A model generated the notes under the pieces. That model searched no databases. It saw only the letters and a list, made by a program, of their open reading frames with translations, and was not told where the DNA came from. Source: Kipferlia bialata (taxonomy: Eukaryota). Taken from it: a stretch of 32,851 bases of DNA. The stretch lies in the NCBI GenBank assembly GCA_003568945.1, contig BDIP01000084.1, forward strand, positions 1-32,851. The letters are read 5' to 3'. Position 1 is the first letter of the stretch; the number at the start of each line of letters is the position of its first letter. Made by a program: the position numbers and the translations under genes. This document shows, one piece after another, positions 14,466 through 25,693 of this stretch.

Positions 14466-16028
14466 ATATATATATATATATACTCTAAACTATACCTCAG
14501 TTCTGCCAGCAGCATACCGTCTGTCAGGAACACAATGGATGTGTCATTGGAGACCTTCTTGTCATGCCTCACGTGGTAACCTAGAGAGTTAGTTTAGAGA
14601 GAGTCATTATATGTCATAGAGAGAGAGAGATCTTCTTGTCATGCCTCACGTGGTAGGCTGGGGAGGGATATATATGTATATGTATGTATACAAATACAGG
14701 AGACAAATACAATATACAAATATATAGAGAGAGAGACCTTCTTGTCATGCCTCACGTGGTAGCCTGGGGTGAGGGATATATATATATTCATTCATATATA
14801 GGAGACAAGTTATATATTTACAGAGAGAGAGAGAGAGAGACCTTCTTGTCATAGCCTGGGTGAGGTTAGAAGTACACGCACGTATCCATAGTCAATACAT
14901 TTCAGTAGTTGCACCCACCACCCATTGAGTCTGACATTACCCTGACTTACACATATGGTAATACATGTATGTAAATATATATTAACATGTATTATTTCAT
15001 ACTCCACAGCACCTACTCTCCCCCCCAGTCTTCTAATGTCCCTCTCGTCTCCCTTGCCCCCGTTGGCCTCTCTCTCACACTTCATGGTGTCACCACCCAT
15101 CTCCTCAGCTACTCTGTGGTAAAAGGGTGTAGGGAGAGAGAGAGAGAGAGAGAGATGGCACCAACCTCTTAGCCAGCGATGTTGCAGCCACCCTTCTGGG
15201 CTGTGTCACAGCTATGCGGCCTGGGGTCAGGGAAAATATAGATATATCTACATAAACACAATATATACACAATTCTGAATACATGTCACAGCAATACGGC
15301 CTAGGGTGAGGGAGGACATGTATATGTCCAATCACTGGGATATTATACCCAATACGACACATATACCGTATAATCATACTGTATATATACATATACACAA
15401 TGTGTACCTTGTGCAAATGGCCTGGGCCCTCCGTACCCCCTCTCGAACAGGAACTGGGGGACCTGGGTGGACTTGCCACAGCCTGGGATGAGGGTATATA
15501 TAGATGAGTATATACTATTATATAAACTATTATATGTATTAGTATATACATATATATTAGTTCATCAATATAGGAACTGGGGGACCTGGGTGGACACCCT
15601 ATGATGAGGGTATGTAATAATACATGTCTCTCCTCTCAGCACTACCACATGTCCCGTGTCTCTAGACTTGATATGCTGTCTGCCCCATAGGCCAGTATAG
15701 TCTAGTATATATACTATATATATACCATACAATACATACGATATACTATATACTATATATACCTGTCTCTCCAGAGAGTACCACCACGTCACGTGTCTCC
15801 AGACTTGATATGATGTCTGCCTCATAGGCCAGTATAGTATAGTATATATACTATATATATACTATACAATACATACAATATACTATATACTATATATACC
15901 TGTCTCTCCAGAGAGCACCACCACATCCCGTGTCTCTAGGCTTGATATGATGTCTGCCTCATAGGCCAGGATGGGTAGGAGGAGACGCCCAGTCTGCACA
16001 GTCTCGGACCTGTATAGTCAGAGTATAT

Positions 16029-16066
<38 letters not shown>

Positions 16067-17423
16067 ATATACATGTACAGCAACGGTTACCTCTCCACTG
16101 GTACGTGCACTGTGTCTCCCTTAGTCCCAGTCTCTCTCTCTCTCTCCTTCTTGGACTCAGCCATGGGGATATCCCCTGTCTCTCTCTCTCCCTTCTCTCC
16201 CTTCTCCCCCTTCTCTCCCTTTCCTCCCTTCCCTCCCGTCTCTCTCTTTCCTCCAGTCCCCTGCTCACTGCTCTTGGACTTGGACTGGGGTCAGATACTA
16301 TATAGAGACAGATACATACTAATATACACTATAACTATACTACAGTATATACATGTATGTATACCGGGTCTGCTCACTGGTCTTGGACTTGGACTGGGGT
16401 CAGATATGTATATAGATGTATATATACATATATATACATCAATATATACAAACATACGGCTTGCCTTGGCCTTAGACTGGGGTCAGATGTATATATAGAT
16501 AACTTGAAATAATATATATATTATTACTGATACTACTCAGTATATATATGGGAATGCCTTCTCACCCTTGGACCTGACCTCGGACTTGTAATAATACACA
16601 CACTAATAGATATATATATATAAGTATATATATAAGTAAAAGTGAATTATTCAATAGGTATGAATTTATACATACATGCATATATATATACCTTTCCCTT
16701 CTTCCCCTTTGGCCTGACCTCGTACTTGTCAAGATGATACACATACAGATCAGCATATATATAAATAGATATGTATAGATATGTATGAATACACGGATCC
16801 ACATACCTTCTTCCCCTTTGGCCTGACCCCGTACTTGTCATTATACACACACACATATATAGAGAGAGAGATATATATATACATAAATAGATATGTTAAT
16901 ATATACAAGCATATACCTTCTTTCCCTTCTTGCCCTTTGGCCTGACATCGTACTTGTCATAGGTGGTGTAGTCCTGGGGTTAGACACATATACACCATAT
17001 ATACACATTATTCAAAATACACATTAGTGATTTAGTCCATATACCAGTTCCAAATACATATTTCACTGGTCTTTGGTATAATCCGGGGGGTTAGGCACAC
17101 AATATACTATATGATCAAACAGTGTACGAATAGATAGAAGCAGTCCTAGAACGATTGCAAACACATATCCTCGACATACTGTGTCTCCTCTGCCATGCAT
17201 CGACAGAGAGTGGAAATATCACTAATATACATGTGGAGAGGTGCTGTATACTCATTAGTGTGCCCACCTCGACATACTGTGTCTCCTCTGCCGTCTGCCA
17301 TGCCTCCACATGGGGCGCCCTCTCACCCTCTCCCTCAGTCTCTCTCTCTCCCTCTCTCTCCCCCTCTCCCTCAGTCTCTCCCTCTCCCTCTTCAGGTGTC
17401 TCTGTCTCTGGGGCCCTCTTGGC
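5137..17423 (-). CDS. DHX37: DEAH-box RNA helicase DHX37/DHR1 (ECM16), multi-exon, 5' and 3' ends incomplete
   Basis: Spliced exons give [215 protein letters not shown] and CEELGIRY. The PVxR..LPI, SATLRVxDF and RQFPV..H motifs are DHR1-type. Confidence 0.88.
5420..5672. repeat. Long compound (TA)n/(TG)n microsatellite
   Basis: Alternating TA and TG runs over about 250 bp; the largest of many intronic microsatellites. Confidence 0.95.
15622..15970. repeat. Three-copy ~138-bp tandem unit (exon 3' half + donor + intron start)
   Basis: Copies at about 15625, 15761 and 15899 with near-identical spacers. Confidence 0.9.
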
Positions 17424-17489
17424 CTGGGGGGCAGGGGGGGCTGGAGGGTTAGTATATTTAGAGAGAGAGAGAGTATGTATGGGAAGCTG

Positions 17490-17668
17490 GAGGGTCAGTA
17501 GGAAGTATATAAATCATAATATATATATTGGTGGATAGAGAGAGAGTGAGAGAATGTCAGCTTGGCCTGGGGGGCTGGGGGGTCAGTAGGAAGTACATAC
17601 ATCATAATATATATATTGGTGGATAGAGAGAGAGTGAGAGAATGTCAGCTTGACCTGGGGGGCTGGGA
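17490..17668. repeat. Two-copy ~88-bp tandem repeat containing an echoed acceptor
   Basis: GGTCAGTAGGAAGTA..GGTGGATAGAGAGAGAGTGAGAGAATGTCAGCTTG(G/A)CCTGGGGGGCTGGG occurs twice. Confidence 0.9.
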
Positions 17669-17784
17669 GGGGGAATATAGTAAAGGATAACTGTCTGGGG
17701 ACACAGAGAGAAATATATATATAGTACATGATACTGAGCGCAACTTACAATAGATACATTAATACAGAGAGAGAAAGAGAGAGA

Positions 17785-17824
17785 GGGGGGGGGGGGGGGG
17801 GGGGGGCCCCCCCCCCCCCCCCCC
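17785..17824. repeat. G22-C18 homopolymer palindrome
   Basis: 22 G followed directly by 18 C. Confidence 0.95.
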
Positions 17825-18701
17825 TCCCACTGATTTTTCTCTGTTTGGCATCAAGGTACCCTTTTGCTTTAATTATACTGTGTTTGCTATCAGCCCCATC
17901 CAGCGAGTAATGAACATTCATATATTCCCAGTCCATGAATGATCGTATGATCTCTGACGGTGCTATTGAGTCTCCTACTTCGGCTACCAACATACTCAGT
18001 CACTAATATACTCTGCTACTGTGGAAAAATCAGAGAACAGATCCTGAAATGGGTACTAACCCTACACCACACAGACAATATTCTGATTAACATTATAGAT
18101 CTACAATACTTATAGCTATATTACAGCATATAGAAGAGAAGAATCTACATGCTACGGTATTTGTGCTTGTATGAAGGCATGGAGGACGCTGTGGCCATGG
18201 AGTAATCATGGACATTATATGTGAGTTTGTTATGTCAAGTATTGACAGTGAATACAAATAGTGCAGAAACAGTCTATTATGTGTCTTCGGATAGTCTCGA
18301 TATCGACTAGATCCAGTCATATGGTCCTTTAGTTCCCAAATGGGAATGAACTCTCTACACCACAGTGCTAAGGACACTAGTCATGCCCCTCAAGTGTCAA
18401 CTCACCCGAATGGACACGATCAAGTCAGGGCTCCACTCAGCTGATGGACGTGGTACTGCACCTAATCCCACCTGAGCCCATGCTTCACCAGTAGATGACA
18501 CCGTGATACGTACAGTGCGTGACCTAGTGTGGACCGAGGGCTAACCAAGAACAGGGAGGGATTGTGTCCGTGGCTCAAACAACCAGATACTGCCTCCTAC
18601 TAGTTCAGATGAGAGGACACTATTTCAACACCCCATGCGTACTCGACCAGCGAAGAGCCCAGTATCTGCCAGGGCTGTGTTGATACTCTGATACCCTGTG
18701 T

Positions 18702-21700
18702 CTAGATGGACAGCCAGTTGAATGGTATGCGCTCTGCCACCTCTCTGTCCCCATAGAGGGCATACCTGGGGTCAGACAGGCAAGGGGAGGGGGGGGGGAG
18801 AGATATGTCACCAGAGAGGACATACATGCAATGAGAGATACACACTTTCAAAGCAAGAATCCACATCTGCCCGTTCACCCACATCTGTATGTATACCCAG
18901 GCTATATACACACATATATACACACACATATACACACCACCCACCTCTGCCTGTCCACCTCCACGTCTGGCACACAGTCTGTGGAGGCCAGGGCACATGC
19001 TGCCTGGTACACAGCGAGGGCAGCATCAGTCTCACCATCCCCCTCTGCCTCTCCCTCCCCCTGTGCGTCTGTACCCAGCGGCCCATGCAGAGTGCCGCCT
19101 GTACAAAGAGCAGCCCCTGCCCCTCCCTCCATGTCCTGCAAGGCACTCACCACAGCCTGCCCTAGACCTTCCACCCCAGCCACTCTCCCAGTCACTATGA
19201 TGGACCCCAGGAGAGACTTGGCCAGTGCTGCCCCCTCCGCTGCAATCTCCTCCTCAGTCTTGATCAGCCGGGAGTACTTGTCCTTCTTGACAGGCGTGGC
19301 ACTCTCTGATAGGGTCAAGGGTGCAGAGAGGGGGGTGGGGGGGACGGAGGAGGCGGCGGAGTCTGGCTTGCTGCTAGAGCCACCGGACTTGGCCTTGCTC
19401 TGCTTCTCCTTGCGCTCTCTCTTCTCTCTCTCCTTCTCCCGCTTCTTCTGGTCTCTCTCCTCTGCCTATGGTTAGGGCGTGTCGGCATACACATCCATAA
19501 GTAGTACATATATGCATACTGATATACATACTCACCCCCTTCCTCTGCCCCCTGGCCGTGTCACTCATGGTCTTGAGCACACCCTCAGCAACCTGGGCAT
19601 GAGAAGACAGGGCATACATACACACACACACACACGTCACAGGTCACAGTAGAGTATGACAATGCATACTACTCATCCTAACCTGTCTGCAGTGGTCTAC
19701 ACAATGAGGGGACATGCCATACATACATAAACATATGCATACATATATACACATATTCATGACACTTGTGGCATATATATATATACATATCACCTGTCTG
19801 CAGTGGTCCACACAGTTGATGATGCCCTGGCACACAGAGATGACACCCTCATTGCCAATAGGACCATCGGGACTGGGACCATGCGGGTCAATGACACTAA
19901 CAGGGCCGGCCTGGGGTGAGAGGAGAGGGCAAGGTATATACAGAAGCAGCCACAGATACACCTTTGCATACCTTCACGAGTGCTGCTGCCTCTGCGTCTC
20001 TCTCGATGGACGTGGCAGTCTTGGCGTGCTTGCCTGGAGTGAGAAAGAGAGAGAGAGAGACAGATAGACAGACACGCAAAGAGAATCAAAGCCCAGACCC
20101 ACCCCACCTGCGTCGTGTGTCTCTGTGACATCGTCTGAGACAGGCAGCCCCTGGCTAGCACCCTTGGGCACCCCCAGTGATGCATCTGCACCTGCTGGCA
20201 TGGATGTACCCAGCCATGCGGTGGGAGTGGCAGAGGCAGGGCCCAGCACCACAGTGACAGACACAGCGGTGGGGGGGGAGGCAGGGGCTACAGCATCATC
20301 TCCCTCTCCCTCTCCCTCTCTCTCTCCCTCTCCCTCTCCACCTGCGGCACTAGCCACGGGCTCAGAGGGAGGGGGTACGGACTCACCCATATTCACATCT
20401 CCCTTCTGCTCCTCAGTCTCTACACCCTTACCCTCTGCTACTGCCTCCTCCCCAGTCTCCTGGGGCGGCATGCGTATTGTGAGGGATGTCTGCACATTGG
20501 AATCGATGTCTGCAGCGGTGCCGTGTAACAGCAGCCTCACGAGCTCAGCGTACTGTTGTAGTCTGGGGTCAGTAAATGGTGAGCATCAAACAGAGTAAGA
20601 CATTGAACATACACTCAACTGAGTGAGTGTATACATACTATGTATTATACATATGCACATATGAATACATACCTGAGTGAGTGAGCAGTGGATGTGGCCA
20701 GTGCCTTGTCTGCACAGGGTGCCATGGGTAGGGATGCATCCCCCCTAGTCAGAAGTGCATGGGTGGCAGAGAGAGGGGGGGCACCCTGCTTAAGCGATGC
20801 CAGCAGCAGCCTCATCAGACCCATCCCACTCAAGGGGAGGGGCGTGGCACTCCCTGAGAGCACCCCCTGCCTGACGACAGAGACTGACACACCCGTCATG
20901 CCCATATCAAGCACAGTGCAGCTGCCGCCCCTGCCCCACACAGACACAACCTCACTCCGACGCACAACCACACACCCCTTGAACCCAATGTCACGCAGGG
21001 CCAGTTGGAAGAGGGCGGAGATCTGGGGGGAGAGGGGGGGAGGAGAGTCAAGTGGGAGTACACTGAGAGATGGGGTCACAGATATAACAATGACACTATG
21101 GAATGGCAAGAGAGAGAGGACAGAGACTGTACCTCCTCCAGTGACAAGGTGTCACACACCAACAGCATATATGAATAGAAGCAGAGAGAGTCTGCATTAT
21201 TATAAGTACACATATACTTCTATATACCTCCTCCCGTGACACCGTGTCTGCCACCACCAGCATGGCCGTGCACTCATGGATAGAGGTGGTCATGGGGTAC
21301 CCCCCCTTGGCCTTGGTCTCATCCTTGACAGGCCGGCCAAAGGCACCCCGCTTGGGCCTATCATTAGGTATAGAGAATATATAGATAGATGGGCAAGGAG
21401 GACTAGAGTATAGTATTGTACACTCACTTTGGCTCATCCGGGTCTGAGAAGAGGGAGAGTGCCTGGGCCCACTCCTGTATGGCATACTGGAACCCATGCT
21501 CAAGGAGTGCGGCTAGAGGGGCCAGAGAGACAGGATCGGTACCACGCAGGTGGCCCCTGAGGTAAGGAGGGGGGGAAGCAGCAAGCAACACAGTAGGAAG
21601 AAGTGGCATTACATTGCAGAGAGAGACAGTAAGGTAACTGTACTGTAGTGCCTAGCCGCCATGGCCCTAACCACGGAGTATGGTAATATATATATAGAGA

Positions 21701-21713
21701 GAGAGGGAACATA

Positions 21714-21752
<39 letters not shown>

Positions 21753-22486
21753 CTTATATACCTCGCCGCCATGGCCCTGACCACGGAGTATGGTGCAGAG
21801 GGGGGTAGGCACATGACGTTGGACCCTATCACGACAGAGGGTGGTCCCTCATACCCCTCCTCCCCCTCCCCGTCCTCCTCCCTAGTCCACCTCCAGGTCT
21901 GGTCCTCCTCAGCACTCAGTTGGAAGAGAGACTCACTGGCTAGGAGGTTGGCACGCTTGGCCCTGGGGGTTGGGGGGGGGAGAGACAGCGAGAGAATAGG
22001 ATGTATTAGGGAGACCTTGGTAAAGGTAGGCCACTAGGTGTCGAGAATGGGTGTAGATGGACTGTAAGGCGAGTAGAGTCACCCACTAAATGCTACTACA
22101 ATACAACACTAGAGTATCAAGGACATGTCAAGCTACATACACAAACTACCAACCACCACATCTTCCCTGTACCTTGTCTTGGCAATGGTATTCCTGAGCT
22201 GTGAGGCATACAGTCTCTCTGCGTCACTACCCTTCCTATTGCCACTCGTGGCACTGGCATCCTCTGCAGCTATACCCTCCCTAGGCAGCACACTATCCAT
22301 CATGGGGTCGTCCACAGTGAGTCCCCCCTGGCCCTTCCTCCTATAAGCCACTAGGGTGGGTATCTCCATAGGCCTGGCCTTGTCACCTGCCATGCCCACA
22401 TGGATGCTGTGGCTGCACAACTCATACACCACAGTCCGAGAGGCACACTTCCGCACTGTCCATGGCACCTTCGGGGAGGAAGCCAT
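18702..22486 (-). CDS. ARP8: Actin-related protein 8 (INO80 complex subunit), about 11 exons, divergent
   Basis: N-terminal TVVYELCSHSIHVGMAGDKARPMEIPTLVAYRRK resembles ARP8 IVIHPGSxxLRIG..IPHVIARR. Also LALRDIGFKG, CTVLDMGMTGVSVSVVRQG, LLGSIIVTG, LAVYQAACALASTD, and C-terminal YGDREVAERIPFNWLSI* resembling ARP8 GVRxLRERxxFxW. Start MASSPK at 22486 is inferred. Confidence 0.8.
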
Positions 22487-22637
22487 GACCTCTGCCTGAC
22501 CACAGTGCACCTTCCTAAGGGAGTGGGCGAGGGAAGCTGGAGCGCATGTTTTTGAATATACTACACCCTTCCTGGCAAACACGAGAGTAAGGGTGTAGAG
22601 TGCATGAGCCCTGCACCTCTCTCCTTCAGTCTCTGAG
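22487..22637. promoter_or_regulatory. Putative bidirectional promoter between ARP8 and VPS20
   Basis: 151 bp between divergent inferred start codons, with a short AT-rich core (TTTTTGAATATA). Inferred from geometry only. Confidence 0.5.
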
Positions 22638-24415
22638 ATGGGAGCCTTCTTCTCCAGGCACAATGCAGAGCGTGACAGCCCCATGTCTGACTCTGGGGTT
22701 GCCCTTGGCTCCACCATCACCCAGATGGACATGACCATCCTCAGGATCAGGCAGCAGGTGGGTCCATACCATATACCCTGTACAGGGTGGGGTACAAACA
22801 TTCATATGCCATAAGAACGTAGTAATGTAGGTGTTAGTGGATATGTGTTGTGGTTAAGGAGTCTTGATGCTGCAGGTGGCTCCTTCATTGTTGCTATTAT
22901 ACATTGTATGTATAGATGATTACCTATATGTATACCCTTCCGTATATCCCAGAGACTTCACCCCAAATAATTCCCAGGAGACCAAGCTGAACAAGCAGCG
23001 TAAGCACTACACTCTCGAGAGCCAGAAGCTGAGGGCCAAGGCCATGGAGGCAAAGAAGGTGAAGTCATGCATACTTTGTACTATAAACTCTATATATATA
23101 GTATTACATTGAGCTGTGTACATCTGCCTCTGACCCCCAGGCCCATGACATGACATCCGCAGTGGGTCTCCTCAAGCAGAGCAAGATGTGGGACAAGCAG
23201 GTTAGTTCATGTTCTTGAATATGTGTCTCTATTACTGTCACTCTACCTGATCATCATATATGTTTGGTCTCTATTAGATAGTCACTCCCTCCCACACTCA
23301 GGTCTCTGTCATCGATGGCCTTCTCTTCCAGTGCACCTCCTCTGTCCTGGATGTCGAGAACGCAGACACCCAGGTCTCCTTCGTCACAGAGCTGGAGAAG
23401 GTACTATTCTTCGCCCACTTTGTATACACTCTACTCTTCATATCTATATATATTTACACATATGTACTCCATCACCCCCTGCTCTCAACACAATGCTAAA
23501 GTCCATCACACCCAGGTATATATACATGCATCTATCTCTCTTACTATATTCCTCTATCCCTCTTAATCCCCAGGTCAACGAGCACCTAGACTCCCTGAGG
23601 AACAGGCTGTCCCTTGACCATGTCGAGGATGTCATGACACAGGGGCAGGAGCTGAGGGACCACTTCAAGGTATGTAGTGTATTATTTACAATATACAATA
23701 TAGGGAAAATATATAGCATTATATTGAAGTATATAGAGTATTAGTATATAATGTTGTGGTGTCATGACACAGGGGCAGGAGCTCAGAGACCACTTCAAGG
23801 TATAGATTTTAGGGGATATCGGGTATATTATAGTATGTATAAACAGTCAGTTTATAGTATATAGATATAGTATAGGGTATATAGTTACATATTGTGTACT
23901 ATATATATACTCATGTATATATATTAGTGCAATTATTTATACAATGTATATCTTGCTACATGACTCCATTCTCACTTTCTAGGAGGTTGACGCTGTCATG
24001 GCCGAGGGCAGCAACGTGTTCACAGAGGAGGACGGGGCAGACATCCAGGCTCAGGTGAGGATATATTGTTATACATAGGATGTATGTAGGATATATATAG
24101 GATATATAGTAGGTAGTAGATAGATAGTGTGTGTTCAGAGGAGGACGGGGCAGACATCCAGGCACAGGTACAGTGTCCAAGTAATTCTATGTACTATATA
24201 TCATCAATCTCTCTCTCTCTCTCTCTCTCCCTCACCCCCAGCTTGATGAGTGGGCCGCAGAGGAGGCCGCCGAGACCCTGGCCGGTCTAGAGGCTGCCCC
24301 CACCTCCCCCCTCCCAGCATCCACAGAGGATGTGGTTGAGCCAGAGGCCCAGGAGGCAGAGGCAGAGGCAGAGGCAGAGGCAGAGACCACACGCAGAGCA
24401 GTGGTGGTCATGTGA
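22638..24415 (+). CDS. VPS20: ESCRT-III Snf7-family subunit VPS20/CHMP6, 7 exons, 233 aa
   Basis: Exons 22638-22757, 22978-23058, 23141-23200, 23302-23400, 23574-23669, 23983-24054 and 24242-24415, all phase 0. They read MGAFFS (MGxxxS myristoylation motif)..ITQMDMTILRIRQQETKL..LLKQSKMWDKQ..VNEHLDSLRNRLSLDHVEDVM.. followed by an acidic tail. Confidence 0.88.
23130..23140 (+). promoter_or_regulatory. Example of the fused branch point / 3' splice site motif (CTGACCCCCAG)
   Basis: CTGAC/CTCAC/CTAAC/TTAC + CCC(C)AG precedes most exons on both strands, e.g. 24231-24241, 25174-25182 and 32238-32250. Confidence 0.75.
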
Positions 24416-24563
24416 AGGCGTGAGTCTGGTTGATTCAGTGACATATTCGGGAAGAGCTGCTCTGACAGAGTGTCGAATAGAGTTTTTGTGTAATGAACCC
24501 TTAGACGAGTCTTGAAAAGTTGAAAGTCGAGAGCCAGCTGCTCTTTAACACTGTTGAACCAAA

Positions 24564-25447
24564 ATGGCCAAGTACAGCAAGCCCGTCCACCCCGAGAGAC
24601 CCAAGAGGCCCGCCTCAGCGTACGTGCATAATACCTGGTTGTTAGTAACGTTGGGCTCTATTTGGACGAATGAAATTTCTGGACTTGTCAACATTGATTG
24701 AACACAGAATACCAAATATGACTTGTTGCCTCTCTCTTACCCCCAGCTACATCCTGTACATGGTTGCCACCAGGCCCGACGTCAAGGCTGAGTTCCCCGA
24801 CCTGCCCCCCACCAAGGTGAGTCCAGTTGGATTGACTTGTCATGGTGACCTTATTATAGTATATGTGTGGTGGTGTTGGGACTCCCCCTCACCCTCAGAT
24901 CATCAAGAAGGTCGCCGAGAGGTACCGTGCCCTGGACGAGGCTGAGATGAAGAAGTGGGTCGACCAGTACAAGGCCAACAAGGTGGGTGTGCATGGGCTG
25001 TGTACAGTCACTTGTCAAGCCGCAGAAGGAGTCAGTATGATCATTGATTTGCACTTATAATCTCCTGGTCACTTTTCATGGGTGTTCAGGCTTCTGTGCT
25101 TCCTCTTACTACATGTCTTCCATCCGTAACTGGTAATATACTTGAACGATCCATTTTCCCTTTCAGTGCCATTTCACCCCAGGCCCAGTACGTCAAGGAC
25201 CAGGCCGCCTTCCTCAAGAAGTACCCTGAGGTATGCATATGTGTATATTCATATATGTCTGTGCATTTCTGTTTATACATGAATACCCTTAGTGTATGTC
25301 CTGTACCAAATGTGTATCCACTCACTCAATATGTATTCATACCATCCATGTATATCTATGCACACTAGCACTTACCCCCAGGAGGACCAGGTTGCCAACA
25401 GGAAGAGGAGGGCTGCCGAGAGGGAGGCCAAGAGGAGGGGCGAGTAG
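24564..25447 (+). CDS. Small single HMG-box protein (NHP6/HMGB-like), 5 exons, 107 aa
   Basis: Exons 24564-24619, 24747-24816, 24899-24982, 25183-25230 and 25382-25447 read PERPKRPASAYILYMVATRPDVKAEFPDLPPTKIIKKVAERYRALDEAEMKKWVDQYKANKAQYVKD.., a canonical HMG box. Strong C/G-ending codon bias. Confidence 0.92.
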
Positions 25448-25693
25448 ACTGTATGTCTTGAGTGTGTGAAATAGATTGACACGGCCTCAGTTATCGGGTT
25501 AGCTATGTCTCTCGAAGAGCATTCACACTCAATAGGGTAATAGAAGGTTGTATATCAGTATCATACGGGAAAAGAATACATATAGTCCCTATGGATGTGC
25601 GCACATAAGAACTAACGATCATTGTTTAATGTATAAAATATCCTCAGTGGATTCTCCCCCATCACAAGAAGTGCCCCCCCATCCACTTCCCCA

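Noticed and set aside
17830..18033. 10-bp inverted repeat CTGATTTTTC / GAAAAATCAG as possible MITE ends
   Set aside because: Too short, and no target-site duplication is visible.
18722..21239. Long plus-strand ORFs (18831-19475, 20125-20598, 20688-21239)
   Set aside because: Antisense shadows of GC-rich ARP8 exons.
22487..22801. Open frame extending about 105 codons upstream of the ARP8 start, overlapping VPS20 exon 1 antisense
   Set aside because: No recognisable homology, and ARP8 similarity begins just after Met 22486. Probably incidental, though not excluded.
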